Shown here piece by piece: positions 14,601 through 28,522 of a stretch of DNA of 64,000 bases. Position 1 is the first letter of the stretch; every line of letters begins with the position of its first letter. Both the position numbers and the translations under genes were made by a program. Source of the DNA: Daphnia carinata (Eukaryota); NCBI RefSeq assembly GCF_022539665.2, contig NC_081332.1, positions 5,952,001-6,016,000 of the forward strand. The letters run 5' to 3'. The notes under the pieces were generated by a model. The model worked only from the letters and a program-made list of their open reading frames with translations. It was not told where the DNA came from and searched no databases.

Positions 14601-16239
14601 AATGCATCAATAACCAAGGCAGTTTCTCCTGTCAATGTCGACCAGGATTCTCAGATCCGTATCCAAATGACCCATTTCAGTCTGGACGTCAGTGCAATTC
14701 CTGTACGCGGAGTTACTGCAATAATCGCGGGGAATGTCGAATCGAGAACGGCAGGAAAACTTGCTCGTAAAAACATAATTCAATCGCCCTTAGGTGTCGT
14801 GAATTGTGTTTTAATAATGTTGTTTGTTTCTTCATTTCAGTTGCCAAGGAAATTACAAAGGCTCGACGTGCGAATTGGACGGAGAAGTTTTAGGCGTCGC
14901 CATTGGCGCCTCTGTAGCCGCCGTCATCATCATCGTGTTGACTCTGGTGCTCTTGTGCATGTGGAGTCGCCGCTGGCGCCAGAACCAGGAAAAGATGGTC
15001 GATCGAAGTGCCTATATGGAACAGCTCAAGACGATGCCTTTCCCCGGCATGATGCACGATCGCATCCGCTGGGCGCAGTACGCGGAAGCCATGGCTTCGG
15101 CCCACAATCTCTACGCGGTAAGTCAATTAGCCAGTGAAAAATTAGTGTTATCTTCCGTTTACTATCACTTCATGATTGATGGACGTGTTGACAATCAACA
15201 TACAGACACCAATCCCTCCTACTTACTTCTATCAAACTCCTTCGACTTTACAACAACCAAGTCCAGTCCCTTCGCTGGTCCACCCGACGTTGCCTCCTCC
15301 GCCGATCCCTCCTCGAAATAAAGTTCCTGTACGCCAAGCGGCTTCTTTACCCGTCGGCCTGGTCACGTCTACTGCCAGTCAGATGATTACCAATCTTCAG
15401 GAATTGGCTCGCAAAATAAGCCGCAAGAAGAAATCCGCCCCCAGAGTGAGTAGACGCCCAGGAATCCGCCCCCTCTGACGCTTGACGCCAACTTAGACGA
15501 TTGCTTTATTAATGACTTCATCTCCATCACAACTAACTTGGCAATTTTTTTATAGCTTCGCACGTTGCTTATTTCTGTATTTTATGTGTATCTGTGTGTA
15601 CGTTATGTCCGATAGCCACCCGATCCGGTCAATGTGAATCCGCACTTAGCGTTGATATCGCCAGCTTATGCGGTCGGAACAATGAACAGCATCAGCCGGG
15701 CTAGTATGGCGCCTACTTTACCTTTAGTGGGTCAGTTTTACGGGTCTCGGTCAACTTGTGGTTCAGTCATCAGGTAAAAATTTTTATTTTTCGTTTAACA
15801 CACAAACAAGCACTGCATTCACGGCTTCTCTTTTATTTTAACGTACTCTTTCGCTTTGGGTCGCACTGTCGTTACCGTAGTTATGGTAAGAGAAACGCAC
15901 CACCTCCACCACCACCCTCGAATCCTCCGCCAGCTTTGCAAGTGATGGAGACGAGCGAAGAGAGTGCTACCGAGAGTGATGCACCTATTCATGCACGGCC
16001 GTTTCAAGTGCCCAGGCCACGTAGTCGCTCCTCCGCTATTGTGAGTTTACAGTGATATTTATGGAATCTGTACTTGAGTAAAAGCTTATGATTATTTCCT
16101 TCGTTTTAATTAGTCATCCAACAATATCTACTTCGAGGCAGATGCGCCCTCTACCAGTAATGACTTCTCCAACCAATCGCAAATTTCGTTAAACACTTAC
16201 CAGCCCCAACGTCAGGGTCCTCGCTATTATTACCGCTAA
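11692..16239 (+). CDS. Single-pass membrane protein: Pro/Ser/Thr mucin-like stalk, EGF, SEA-like, Ca-binding EGF, EGF, TM, Pro-rich tail (pawn-like); first exon not resolved
   Basis: Exon 11692-11880 splices in phase to the 461-aa P/S/T-rich ORF. Followed by RIDACIVGDPNAC...CTCKPGF (EGF), an SEA-like segment (~14008-14478), DLNECGAPELNDCSANAECINNQGSFSCQCRPGF (cbEGF), CNNRGEC...CQGNYKGSTC, TM VLGVAIGASVAAVIIIVLTLVLLCMW, and last exon ...PRYYYR-TAA at 16239. Resemblance to Drosophila pawn is from recalled architecture only. Confidence 0.82.
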
Positions 16240-16546
16240 ATATTTAAGTTAACCGGGTTCGTTTTTGAACGTATTATGGGGTCTGTATAAATTAATCCAT
16301 GTTGGTTTTTGCGAGGAGCGCGGTGTGATTCGTTTGGTTTATCGTGAAAGATCTGCTGTTTGATTCCATTTTCATTTTTCGATCTGTTTTTGTAGAGTAA
16401 CTTAACCTTTCGTGATTTGTGTTGTCAAAATGCGCATTCGATATGAATACATCATTACACAATGTAAAAATGTCGTCGTTCGTGAATTAACTAGTCATGG
16501 ACAATGGTGAATTAGAATAAGCCATACTTAGACGGGAAAATGGCTT

Positions 16547-19258
16547 AATCTAGCGTGCCAGTACGATACAGCGCTAGCATGACACAGTATATTTTAGATT
16601 ATTCAAAAACTATAAAATCTACGTAAAAGCAACTGTCATTTTCGTGTTCCTTGTCAAATTTTGAATCAGAATCATATATAGTTATTTACATTTAATGATA
16701 TTATTTTTTAATAGGACATAATTTTAAGCCCGACAAAATAAGCCCAATTAAGGCCAATTCAAAAATAAACCTTATTTTCGTGGATAGCATTCTATTCTGC
16801 ATCGAAATCATGTATTTTAAGCCAAATTTAAAATTTGGCCAAAAATGAAAAAGTAAGAAGGCTATAGCCTTCCCACTTTTTCAATTTTCTTCAAATTCTA
16901 GATTTACTTAAAAGTACATTATTCCGTTTTGAAATTGATCACTGATCCCGAAAATCTGGTTTATTTTTATATTAGGCTTATACTTTTTGAATAAACGGTA
17001 AAAAACAGAAGGCCGAGCTGATTTTGTCGGGCTTAAATTTTTTTCCTATTAAAAAATAATATCATTACATCTAGATAACTATATATGATTATGGTTCTGA
17101 ATTTAACAAGGGACACGAAAATGAAATTAGTTTTTACGTAGACTTTATAGTTTTTGAATAATCAAAGAAGTTTGATGTGTCACGCTAACGCTGTGATGGC
17201 TGTGCTGGCGCGCTAGTAATGGTTTCGATTCGCACACACTAATTTTATATTTTAGATTACTCAAAAACTATAAGCTCTACGTGAAAACAAATACAATTTT
17301 CATGTTTCTTGGTTAATTCTGAATCAGAATCATGTATATTTATCTATATTGAATGATATTAATTTTTATTAGGAAAAACTTTTAAGCCCGACAAAATAGG
17401 CCCTACAAAATAAGCCCGACTTTCTGTTTTTTATGTTTAATTCAAAAACTATAAGGCCAATTCAAAAATAAACCTTATTTTCGTTGATAGCATTCCTTTC
17501 TGCATTGAAATCATGTATTTTAAGCCAAATTTAAAATTTGGCCAAAAATGAAAAAGTAAGAAGGCTATAGCCTTCCCACTTTTTCAATTTTCTTCAAATT
17601 CTAGATTTGGTTAAAATCACATTATTTTGATTCGAAATTGATCGCTGATCATGAAAATCGGATAAATTTGTATATTGGGCTTATAGATTTTGAATTAACC
17701 GTAAAAAACTAAAAGTCGGGCTTATTTTGTCGGGCTTAAAATTTTTTTACCGTTTTTTACCGTTTATTCAAAAAGTATAAGCCTAATATAAAAATAAACC
17801 AGATTTTCGGGATCAGTGATCAATTTCAAAACGGAATAATGTACTTTTAAGTAAATCTAGAATTTGAAGAAAATTGAAAAAGTGGGAAGGCTATAGCCTT
17901 CTTACTTTTTCATTTTTGGCCAAATTTTAAATTTGGCTTAAAATACATGATTTCGACGCAGAATGGAATGCTATCCACGAAAATAAGGTTTATTTTTGAA
18001 TTGGCCTTATAGTTTTTGAATTAACTTAAATTGGGCTTATTTTGTAGGGCCTATTTTGTCAGGCTTAAAATTTTTTCCTATTAAAAAATAATATCATTCA
18101 ATATAGATAAATATGTATGATTCTGATTCAAAATTAACCAAGGAACATGAAAATTGTATTTTTTTTTCACGTAGAGCTTATAGTTTTTGAGTAATCTAAA
18201 ATATGAAATTAGTGTGTGCGAATCGAAAGCATTACTAGCGCGCCAGTACGCTACAGCGCTAGCGTGACACATCAAACTTCTTTCATTATTAAAAAACTAA
18301 AAACTCTACTTAAAAACAAATTTCCTATCGTGTTCCTTGTTAAATTGAGAATCAGAATCATATATAGTTATCTAGATTTAATGATTTTATTTTTTAATAG
18401 GACAAAATTTTAAGCCCGACAAAATAAGCCCGACCAAATAAGCCCGACTTTTAGTTTTTTACTGTTAATTCAAAATCTATAAGCCCAATATACAAATATA
18501 CCCGATTTTCATGATTAGCGATTAATTTCGAATCAAAATAATGGGATTTTAACCAAATCTAGAATTTGACGAAAATAGAAAAAGTAGTAAGGCTATAGCC
18601 TTACTTTTTCATTTTTGGCCAAATTTCAAATTTGGCTTAAAATACATGATTTCGATGCAGAATGGAATGCTAATCACGAATGTAAAGTTTTTTTTTTAAT
18701 TGGCCTTATAGTTTTTGAATTAAACATAAAAAACAGAGGGCCGGGCTTATTTTGTCGGGCTTAAATTTTTTTCCTATTAAAAAATAATATCATTAAATCT
18801 AGATAACTATATATGATTCTGATTCAAAATTAACCAAGAAACACGAAAAAGGAAGTTCTTTTTATGTAGAGTTTATAGTTTTTGAGCAATCTAAAATATA
18901 AAATTAGGGGGAATCGAAAGCATTACTAGCGCGCCAGTACGCTACAGCGCTAGCGTGACACATCAAACTTCTTTAATTTTTTAAAAACTATAAACTCTAC
19001 GTAAAAAAAATTTCATATCGCGTTCCTTGTTAAATTTGGAATCAGAATCATGTATAACTATCTAGATTTAATGATATTATTTTTTAATAAGACAAAATTT
19101 TAAGCCCGACAAAATAAGCCCAACAAAATAAGCATGACTTTTAGTTTTTTACGGTTAATTCAAAAACTTTAAGCTCAATATGAAAGTATACCCGATTTTA
19201 GGGTGATCAGCGATCGATTTCGAATCAAAACAATGTATTTTTAAGTAATTCTATTTTG
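16547..19258. repeat. AT-rich fold-back repeat array, ~700-bp higher-order units made of imperfect palindromes
   Basis: Palindromic core (g)aaggctatagcctt(c) at 16857, 17560, 17886 and 18589 (spacing ~703, ~326 across an inversion, ~702). GC core gcgccagtacgctacagcgctagcgtgacac or a variant at ~16553, ~17180 (reverse), ~18238 and ~18929. Recurrent aagcccgacaaaat motifs on both strands. Confidence 0.95.
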
Positions 19259-20590
19259 TGATACCAAAATAGGCAAGGGTCATTGATGCAGTTGAAAGTT
19301 CAGCAATGTCTGGAACCATTAGCCCTCCACCTTTTACAGTTCATTACTACCATCTAAAACAAGGCATTTTATTGATGCTTTATTTTTACTAATACACATC
19401 TCATCTTGTAACTGCAGAATTCTTATCTACTGTTGATTATTAATCATCAGCCCCCACTCATCAGGTCTGCACAAGTGAACTACTGGGCCTGTGTCTGCAT
19501 ATTGCTTCTCATCTCCTGACAACATACATTGGCTTCAATGCCATCCTTTCATTGCGGTATTTTAATTTGATCCATTAGCTGTAAAATCATTATTCTGATT
19601 TATGTATTTGCATTAACGAAGTAAGGTCAATACAGAGTGATAAAAGGGTATCGTGGAAAACAAAGAAAATCGTTTCCCTAATTCCAATGCCAATGCGGAT
19701 TTCATTTTGGAATGTCATGAGGTATAGTTTTTGTATATAGTTAATCCCTTTAGCTGCCATCGATTTTGGTTTTTCCCTTTTTTTTAGCTTTTTAAGGACA
19801 GGAGCCGGTTCGGAGCTTTAGGAAAAGCCTTTAGAAGTTAACACCAAGGTTGCACAATATACAAGGTCAATTATTAATCTTAAAAGAAATGTGTCTGTTA
19901 GATATGTTCCAGTAGATGAAGCTCTACCTGTTGAACAGAAAAATATTGATGTAAGTGTGAAACAAATTTTAAATAAAATGACTCTAAAAACATACACTTG
20001 CGAATATGAGCCTAGAAAATAAGCAGTTAACACAATTATGGTTTTTAAAATATCTTTAATATTGTTTACCATCACTCCGTAACATCCGACGATAACCGGC
20101 TTGTCAGCTACTGGTCAGCTGCAGTTTTTAAATAACGTTTACGTGTACCTACACAGCTGTATAATTGATCACAATCCATTCCTGCACAAAACACTTGAAG
20201 GATGTAGAGAACACTTAAGATAAAATCGTAGCCGAAATTTTTTCTTGTTTTCTAAAAAAAAAACAAAAAAAAACTTCAACATGAGAACTGATGGAAAGAT
20301 CTGCATATTCTGGATTTTAAGAAAAATTGCTTTGTACATAACTTCACACACGGTAAATCAACACACTTTAAAAAAGACAACAGAAAAAAAACAGTTTCAA
20401 TTTCGTGAAGAGTAACTCTTTTTAACACAACAAATCAAAAGATTACACATGCCTGCTGGGCCCTTCAGTCACTGAAAAATCGTCCAACGCTTCAACGACA
20501 TGAAAAAGAACATAGGTGAAGAACGTAGAAAGTTGAATTAGCATACCAAAGATAAACATGTCAACTATGGCAAAACTGTTTGATTCCCAG

Positions 20591-23500
20591 CTAAAGCAAC
20601 CGTTCGAAAGCCAAAGTTGCATTGACCTTTGGGATACGGACAACGTAAGACATACCTAGACGGTTAACAACATTGACATCAACGACCGAATGTTCGGGTA
20701 GAATTTGGGCAAACCGTTCGATAAGCTTGGGTTCCATTTGCTCCATGGAATCCGTCCCTTCGAGAATAGCGTGTTGCGTCAGATAGGGCAGTAAGTCGAT
20801 CATCCACTTTTTGGCACGTCTGATTTTGCTAGCATCAAGGATGTTCATTTCGCCAAAGTCAACTTGGTTGCATAAATAGCGAGTTCCCGTTGGCTGTCGG
20901 TCAGGAATAACATTAAGGCAAACTGCTCGATACCATCGGCCACCAGGAAAACGCGCTAAGCAGACTTCATTCAATTTGGGGTGGTAACCACAAGCTATGC
21001 CATTTGCGTAAAGTGAAATTTCATCCTACACCGGGAAAAAAAACCCGTAAAAATAAAAATCTTTACGGCAGACAAGAAAAATGAATTGTGGGTATACCTG
21101 CAACTTTGTTAGTTTCGTTGAAATTTCGTTGTTTTGAACACGCAGCATTATAAGTTGAGGATCTTCTGCTTTAATAATCAGAGCGTGAAAACTTTCTTTC
21201 TCCGGTAAGTCCAAGAATGGGCCGTCGTCATAGAAAAATTCATCAGACGTTCCATCTTCAGATATTTTTCCTTCGGAGGGCAAAGACGCAGCATTAGGGC
21301 GATCAGCTCGCTCTTCAGTCATTTGGCTTGGAGACAGTGCCGGTACATTGTTCTCCAATGGCTCTTGCGAGTTTTCCATGGTTTCACACAGGGCTAATTC
21401 ATTTTCGGTTATATAGGGTTCCATTCGATCGGGCGTCTTAACACAGTTAGCTTCTGATGGTAGAGCATTCTTTTCCATCAATGTCGTGCGAACGCAGCTA
21501 ATAATCCCCTTTTCGGTATTTTCCAGTTGATGTTTACTTTTGACAATCATGTTTTCCTCTAGAACCTGAGAACAAACGACTGACGGCTTCAGCACATCTG
21601 CGACTGTTTCCCGAGGAGGTGTTTCTAGTGGAATTTCAACCGCTGGCGAAATTTGATCTAGTTCATCTGAAACTTCCAACATTGCTTTTTTAACGAGCTT
21701 TTCCCGAACCAAATGAGAAAGAAAATCAGATCCATCCTGATTCTTCAGCCGAACACACATCACATCAGCATCCATTTGGGCGAAATCCATTAGGAATCGT
21801 TTGTTTTCTATCAGTTCTTTGAACTTCCTTTTGACGTATGAATTCCACGTAATTCCACTGACGGGTAAAACATTAGCCAATTTTACCTTGACAGCACAAA
21901 ATGGGTGCTGCGCTAGCGAGAGTTCCATCATTCTAAGGTGCTCCCGAGTGTTGGACATTAAAATGGTATTTCCGAAGTCCACGTAGCGAATTCCAATACC
22001 ATCTGGCAGCATCTTCAATATTTCAGCCCGATACCAACAGCGATCCTCAGGAAAAAGAGCGAGACATGGCAAGCCTTCCACCGGATTGTCCAACGGATTA
22101 GAATTCGGGGCCGATGTGGCCACATTTACCATTATTTCTTCCAGCAGCTTCCGAAAACGATAAAACTGGACATAAAATTCATCTGGCGATTTCGCAGAAC
22201 AGACATTCACTTCGCTTGGATCGACCAATTGCTGTTTTAATTCTGTGGAGACGTACTTCTTGGCGTAGATTTTGACCGTTTCAGATGATCGCGTTTGTGA
22301 CACTTCGCACGAATGCGATATAGAAGCAGTTTTTGGTGAATAATTTCCCGGACAAAAGCTATGAGGTGTGACTACTGGTGGCGATTCAACATCACACTGT
22401 AGCTTATTTGCGACAACAGGCCTGTTTTTCGGTGCAAAACCATTGTTAAGATAGTTTTTTGGTGTGTCATAGTTGCTTTGAGAAGTTTCGGCAAGAGTGG
22501 TTTCATCACTGTTACAGTTGGACTTGGGTGAACTGAGCTGCGATGAAAGTCGTTGGCCAATACTGTCCCAGTTGCTCTCAGAGCGTTTATGCTCTTTATT
22601 GATGGACAAAGATTTGATTGCATCCCCCATGTTCATCGCCGCAACAGAATTTGTTATTTCTCCTCGGTCATCTGTATTACGATGTACTGACCCAGACACT
22701 TCAGAGGTAAGGGGTATTGATATCTTCGCTCGGTCTAGCGGGTGTGTCCTCTTGATCAAGTATAAATCGGGGCTGGTAACTTCAAAAGTACCGATATTCT
22801 CACGATGATCCGAATAATAATTGTTTGAGTAGATTTGATTTTCGGGCGGGGTAACCAACGGTATTTCGTTTTGTGGAAGACAGCTTGAAATAGCTGGATA
22901 ACCATGGAAAGGCTTGGAAACAACTCCTTTCAGAGACCCAGCACCATGTGGAATTTCCTGTAACAAGGCTCTAAAGCACAAAGAGAATTTAATATATCTA
23001 AAGACGTCATAATTCGCGTTCACATCAAGCTTATCACCAATTTTAATAAGTTTTTACTATGAATAGTTGTCGGATAAAATGCAAATACGTACGGCGGTGG
23101 TTTGCATACTGCTTGATGTGTAGGCCAATCCCTACTCTGGCATCCGAAAGAGCAATAACGGATCTTGCAAACAGTGCAGACAAATGAAGCATGTTTTCCA
23201 CATACTTGACAAAAACGGCATTGCAGCTGCATATCTGGCGAGATACTTTTTCGATGCATAGTTCCTATTGTAAAAAAAAAAGCCATGTTGATGAAGATGG
23301 CGACTAAGCTCAGGTGTAATAACTAGATATTCATATACATACCCAAAGAAGATTCAGTGTCGATAGAACAAGGAGACTGCCTGGACCATGAGGGTTTTGT
23401 GAATTCACCAATTCTTTGAACGAGATCGGTTTGTCTTCCAACTAGCGATGCTATTGCAAGGCTTACCGAATCTTGTTCACCATGCGGAAGTTTTTCGCTT

Positions 23501-24138
23501 AAGCGGCTGTTAGCGTATACAACCTCCCAATTGAGAGGTGGTCTTCCATCCAGTGCAACAATTGCATTATCTGCCTCACTATGAAAAAAAAAAATCATGA
23601 CAATTTTCCACCTCTTCACAATTTTCACAAAAACGAAATCACAAATAGCTTTACTATTGAGATTCGAATTCCACAAAAGCGATAGGTTGATGAGGGTTAT
23701 TATTTGTCCTGAATAATTTTATAGATATAGGATTGCCATAGTTGCTGAAGATATGTCGCAAGCCATTCTGTTAGAAATCAATGTTAAAATATCAACTGAC
23801 CTCACTTGTAAAAAAAACTACCTCTGTCATATCAGAATGCATCCCATTGACGAAGAGTTTGTATAGCTCTCTGGTTGGTCTTGAAAAATAAATGTATGAG
23901 AATATTATCAGATCTGTAATATTTTCAGTAATTCAAAGCATTAACTCCTGTGAATAAACCAAAACTACCTCATATTGTCTGGAAGATTTGACATAGGTAG
24001 GCATAAGTTTGTTCCTAATCTTACATCTTCAGAATTGGGAAACCCTTGAATTTGTGGTTTATAATATCCCCATTCTCCATGAGGGTGATGTCGACTCATG
24101 GTCTGCCTTGCAATTCCTCGGTCATATGCTTGCCTCAT
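20591..24138 (-). CDS. RRM + MYND finger + two extended Tudor domains; Vreteno/Veneno-like piRNA pathway factor
   Basis: Spliced RRM (KLFVNGM...AFVEFESQYEADNAIVALDG), MYND (CQVCGKHASFVCTVCKIRYCSFGCQSRDWPTHQAVC), Tudor 1 (CLALFPEDRCWYRAEI...YVDFGN), Tudor 2 (CLARFPGGRWYRAVC...QVDFGE). The last exon (~21025-20591) reads on the minus strand although the ORF track marks it '+'. ATG at 24138 is tentative. Domain order matches Drosophila Vreteno and Aedes Veneno. Confidence 0.85.
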
Positions 24139-25383
24139 TGCGTTGTAAGAGAAGTCGAATTCTGTTGGAACCTGTTGGTCGCTATAAAACGCAGTAAGCT
24201 GAGATACTTACCAGCGCTGAAAATCTCACACACAACTGAGAGAAACGGCCTTCAAATATAACATCTAAATTGGGGGGACTGAATGTCTGAAACTGGGATG
24301 CGACTCGAGATCCTAATCCGGTAATCCTCTGAAAAGCGACGACAATCAACAGGTCAAATCATTACGCTGTTACGGTGCGTCTTCGTCGGCGCACCGACAT
24401 CTGACTGAGTAAGATTGAATAAGAAAAAGGATAACAGGTTTGTTATTCTTTATTTGTCAACTAATCGTAGTGTTATTCTAGTTATTACTCCCATTCCTAT
24501 CGAGCTCTGATGCTATTCTTACTGGAGAATCAATTTTCAAATTAAGTTTCGAATAAAATATAAAAAAAATTTTGGTTTGGGTGGGTTGCTTTTTTGGGGT
24601 AAACCAGATCACCCCGTCGCCATTTTCTTTAAATGGCGGTGGAGTCGCAAATTTTGATATTCGATATTTTATTTGAAATTTTATTCGTTATTTGTGATTC
24701 TTTAAAAAAATCTGAATCAGTTACATCGTTTCCGTTATTCTTTATTGTTATTCTTCCTGTATTTATGCTACTTGTTTTTTAAATGAAACGTTGGTAAATT
24801 ATTATATTAAATTAAGATAATTTTTTTTCTCATTTTCGTTCTAGATGGGCTTTTCAAAATTGCCCCCTCCTCATAAAACATAATACTCTTTAATAACGCT
24901 AACGTTTAAGCTTGATACTATAGGCGTTCAAAGCCTTTAACGAAAACAAATGAACAGCCGTTATTGATTTAGGCCACCAATGGAATAGTTGGCAAATTTT
25001 ACAAACTTCACTTTCATTTTTTGCAATCTAAACTAGACTTTCTCGAACACAGTAGACACTTGTATGTCATCAGCGACAAACACTTACACTATCATTACTC
25101 ATCGTGTATCTTATAGTTGACAAGCACTTCTACACAAAACAGAGTATTTGTCCTTCTGGGCAATAATAAGGGTGATGAACTGTGACGTTATACGGAGTTC
25201 TGTGATTGAATGGCGACATCGTTTTTGTAGTACTCGAAATTGCAACTGCAGAATATATAAACAGCTAAAAGTCACGATGAGTCGATCCCGTTGTGTCAGC
25301 GTCAATTTCAATAGAATCATATGTCGTGTTTAAGATACGGGGAGTATTATCGTTTCGCTTTCCCACCGTTGGACGGCCTGAGT

Positions 25384-27261
<1,878 letters not shown>

Positions 27262-27458
27262 CGTATGTGTGTGTGTCTTTGTGGTTTTAGGTACGATGAT
27301 TAAAATGAAATCCTGGTCGATGATCTTATCTCTGTTCAAAACTTTAACCCAAAGCAGGAAATAGGATTACATTATTATAATTTCTTTCAAAACGCAGCTG
27401 TTTTTAATGGCTGTGTGCTGTTTCGGGAAAGAGGCAAGGATAACCAAAACAAAGAAAC

Positions 27459-27638
27459 AGATAAGTAATGTCTGACGTCATTGCCAAGAAAGAGGAGCCA
27501 ACGAATTCAACTGGTAGGTACTGGGAAATACCCAGAGCGAGGGCCGTATAATTGACGGTCGAAAGTCGCAACACCTGGGCAATACCCAGGCAGTGAATGG
27601 GGAAAAAAAAATGAAAGTCAACTTACGTGACTCACGTG
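27459..27638. promoter_or_regulatory. Cluster of kB-like, GATA, CRE and AP-1 motifs upstream of CLIP protease 1
   Basis: AGATAA ~27459, TGACGTCA 27473-27480, GGGAAATACCC 27523-27533, GGGCAATACCC 27577-27587, TGACTCA 27628-27634, CACGTG 27633-27638, all 200-380 bp upstream of the ATG. Function is inferred. Confidence 0.4.
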
Positions 27639-28522
27639 GTCAGAGGAACTCCGAATACTGACGTATTGTGAACACGAATTTTTTCGATGAAAGAAAAGTT
27701 TCACTTTAAAAGAATGACAATAAAAGGCAAACAAAAAACAATGAATTGGGAGACAACGTGCACACGTGCATTCAAGTCGCCACTTGGACACACACTGGCT
27801 TACTGTTTTGGCACATCACACTGTTCTGAATCTCCCAGAAGGGGGTGGGATTTAGCGTGAAGCTCCACCTTCTTCGTTCCTTGTTTTCGTTGCCATTTCC
27901 TAACCACCATCTTTTTCCTCTTGCCTTTGGGTCATTTTTTTAATGCCATCACGCGTTTGTAAAAGTAATCCAGGAATTTGGATTTCGTCATCACATCTAA
28001 CAAGTCAGTAATTTACCTGTAATAACTATCACGCAAAGTTCAGTTTACGCTTAACACATGCCAGTTCGAAAAACCTGGATGGTTGGGACGCTTACGTATA
28101 ATCAGACAGCATTAAAAAAGTGGACCGCCAGGTACCGAGGCCAGACCTTCCTACGGAAAGATTTCTGTTAGCTATTTATCATGAAGATTTTGGATTTTCC
28201 CCATAATTTCTACATTTATGCTTCCCTATGGCTTTCTTTGTGGCTTTAATATTTGCATATGCTGGTAGAATTAAACAAAGAATAGACGGTTCTCGAAAAC
28301 CACATCGCAAACATGCCACTGTTAAAACCTTTCTCCATCTAACTTCCTCAAATACAAATTTTTAAATGCCATTTCTTTTCTTTTTTTTTTAAACGCAGAT
28401 AGAACGTGCCACAAAAAGCAAATGATTGTTTACTAAATTTTATAAATTTTACTTTTGTATTGACTTGAACACTTTCATCCGGGTACCGCATCGAATTAAC
28501 TAAAGCATGAAAATTTAGCACA

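Noticed and set aside
16547..19258. Repeat array as a CRISPR array or autonomous transposon
   Set aside because: Eukaryotic context, no unique spacers, no cas or transposase ORF; the short ORFs inside (18081-18413) are AT-rich noise.
20591..20974. ORF track entry giving a 127-aa Tudor-like protein on the + strand
   Set aside because: The + strand at 20591 reads CTA AAG CAA; the listed peptide is the reverse complement (TTG AAT GAA GTC TGC from 20974, TAG at 20593-20591). It is a minus-strand exon of the Tudor gene, not a separate + gene.
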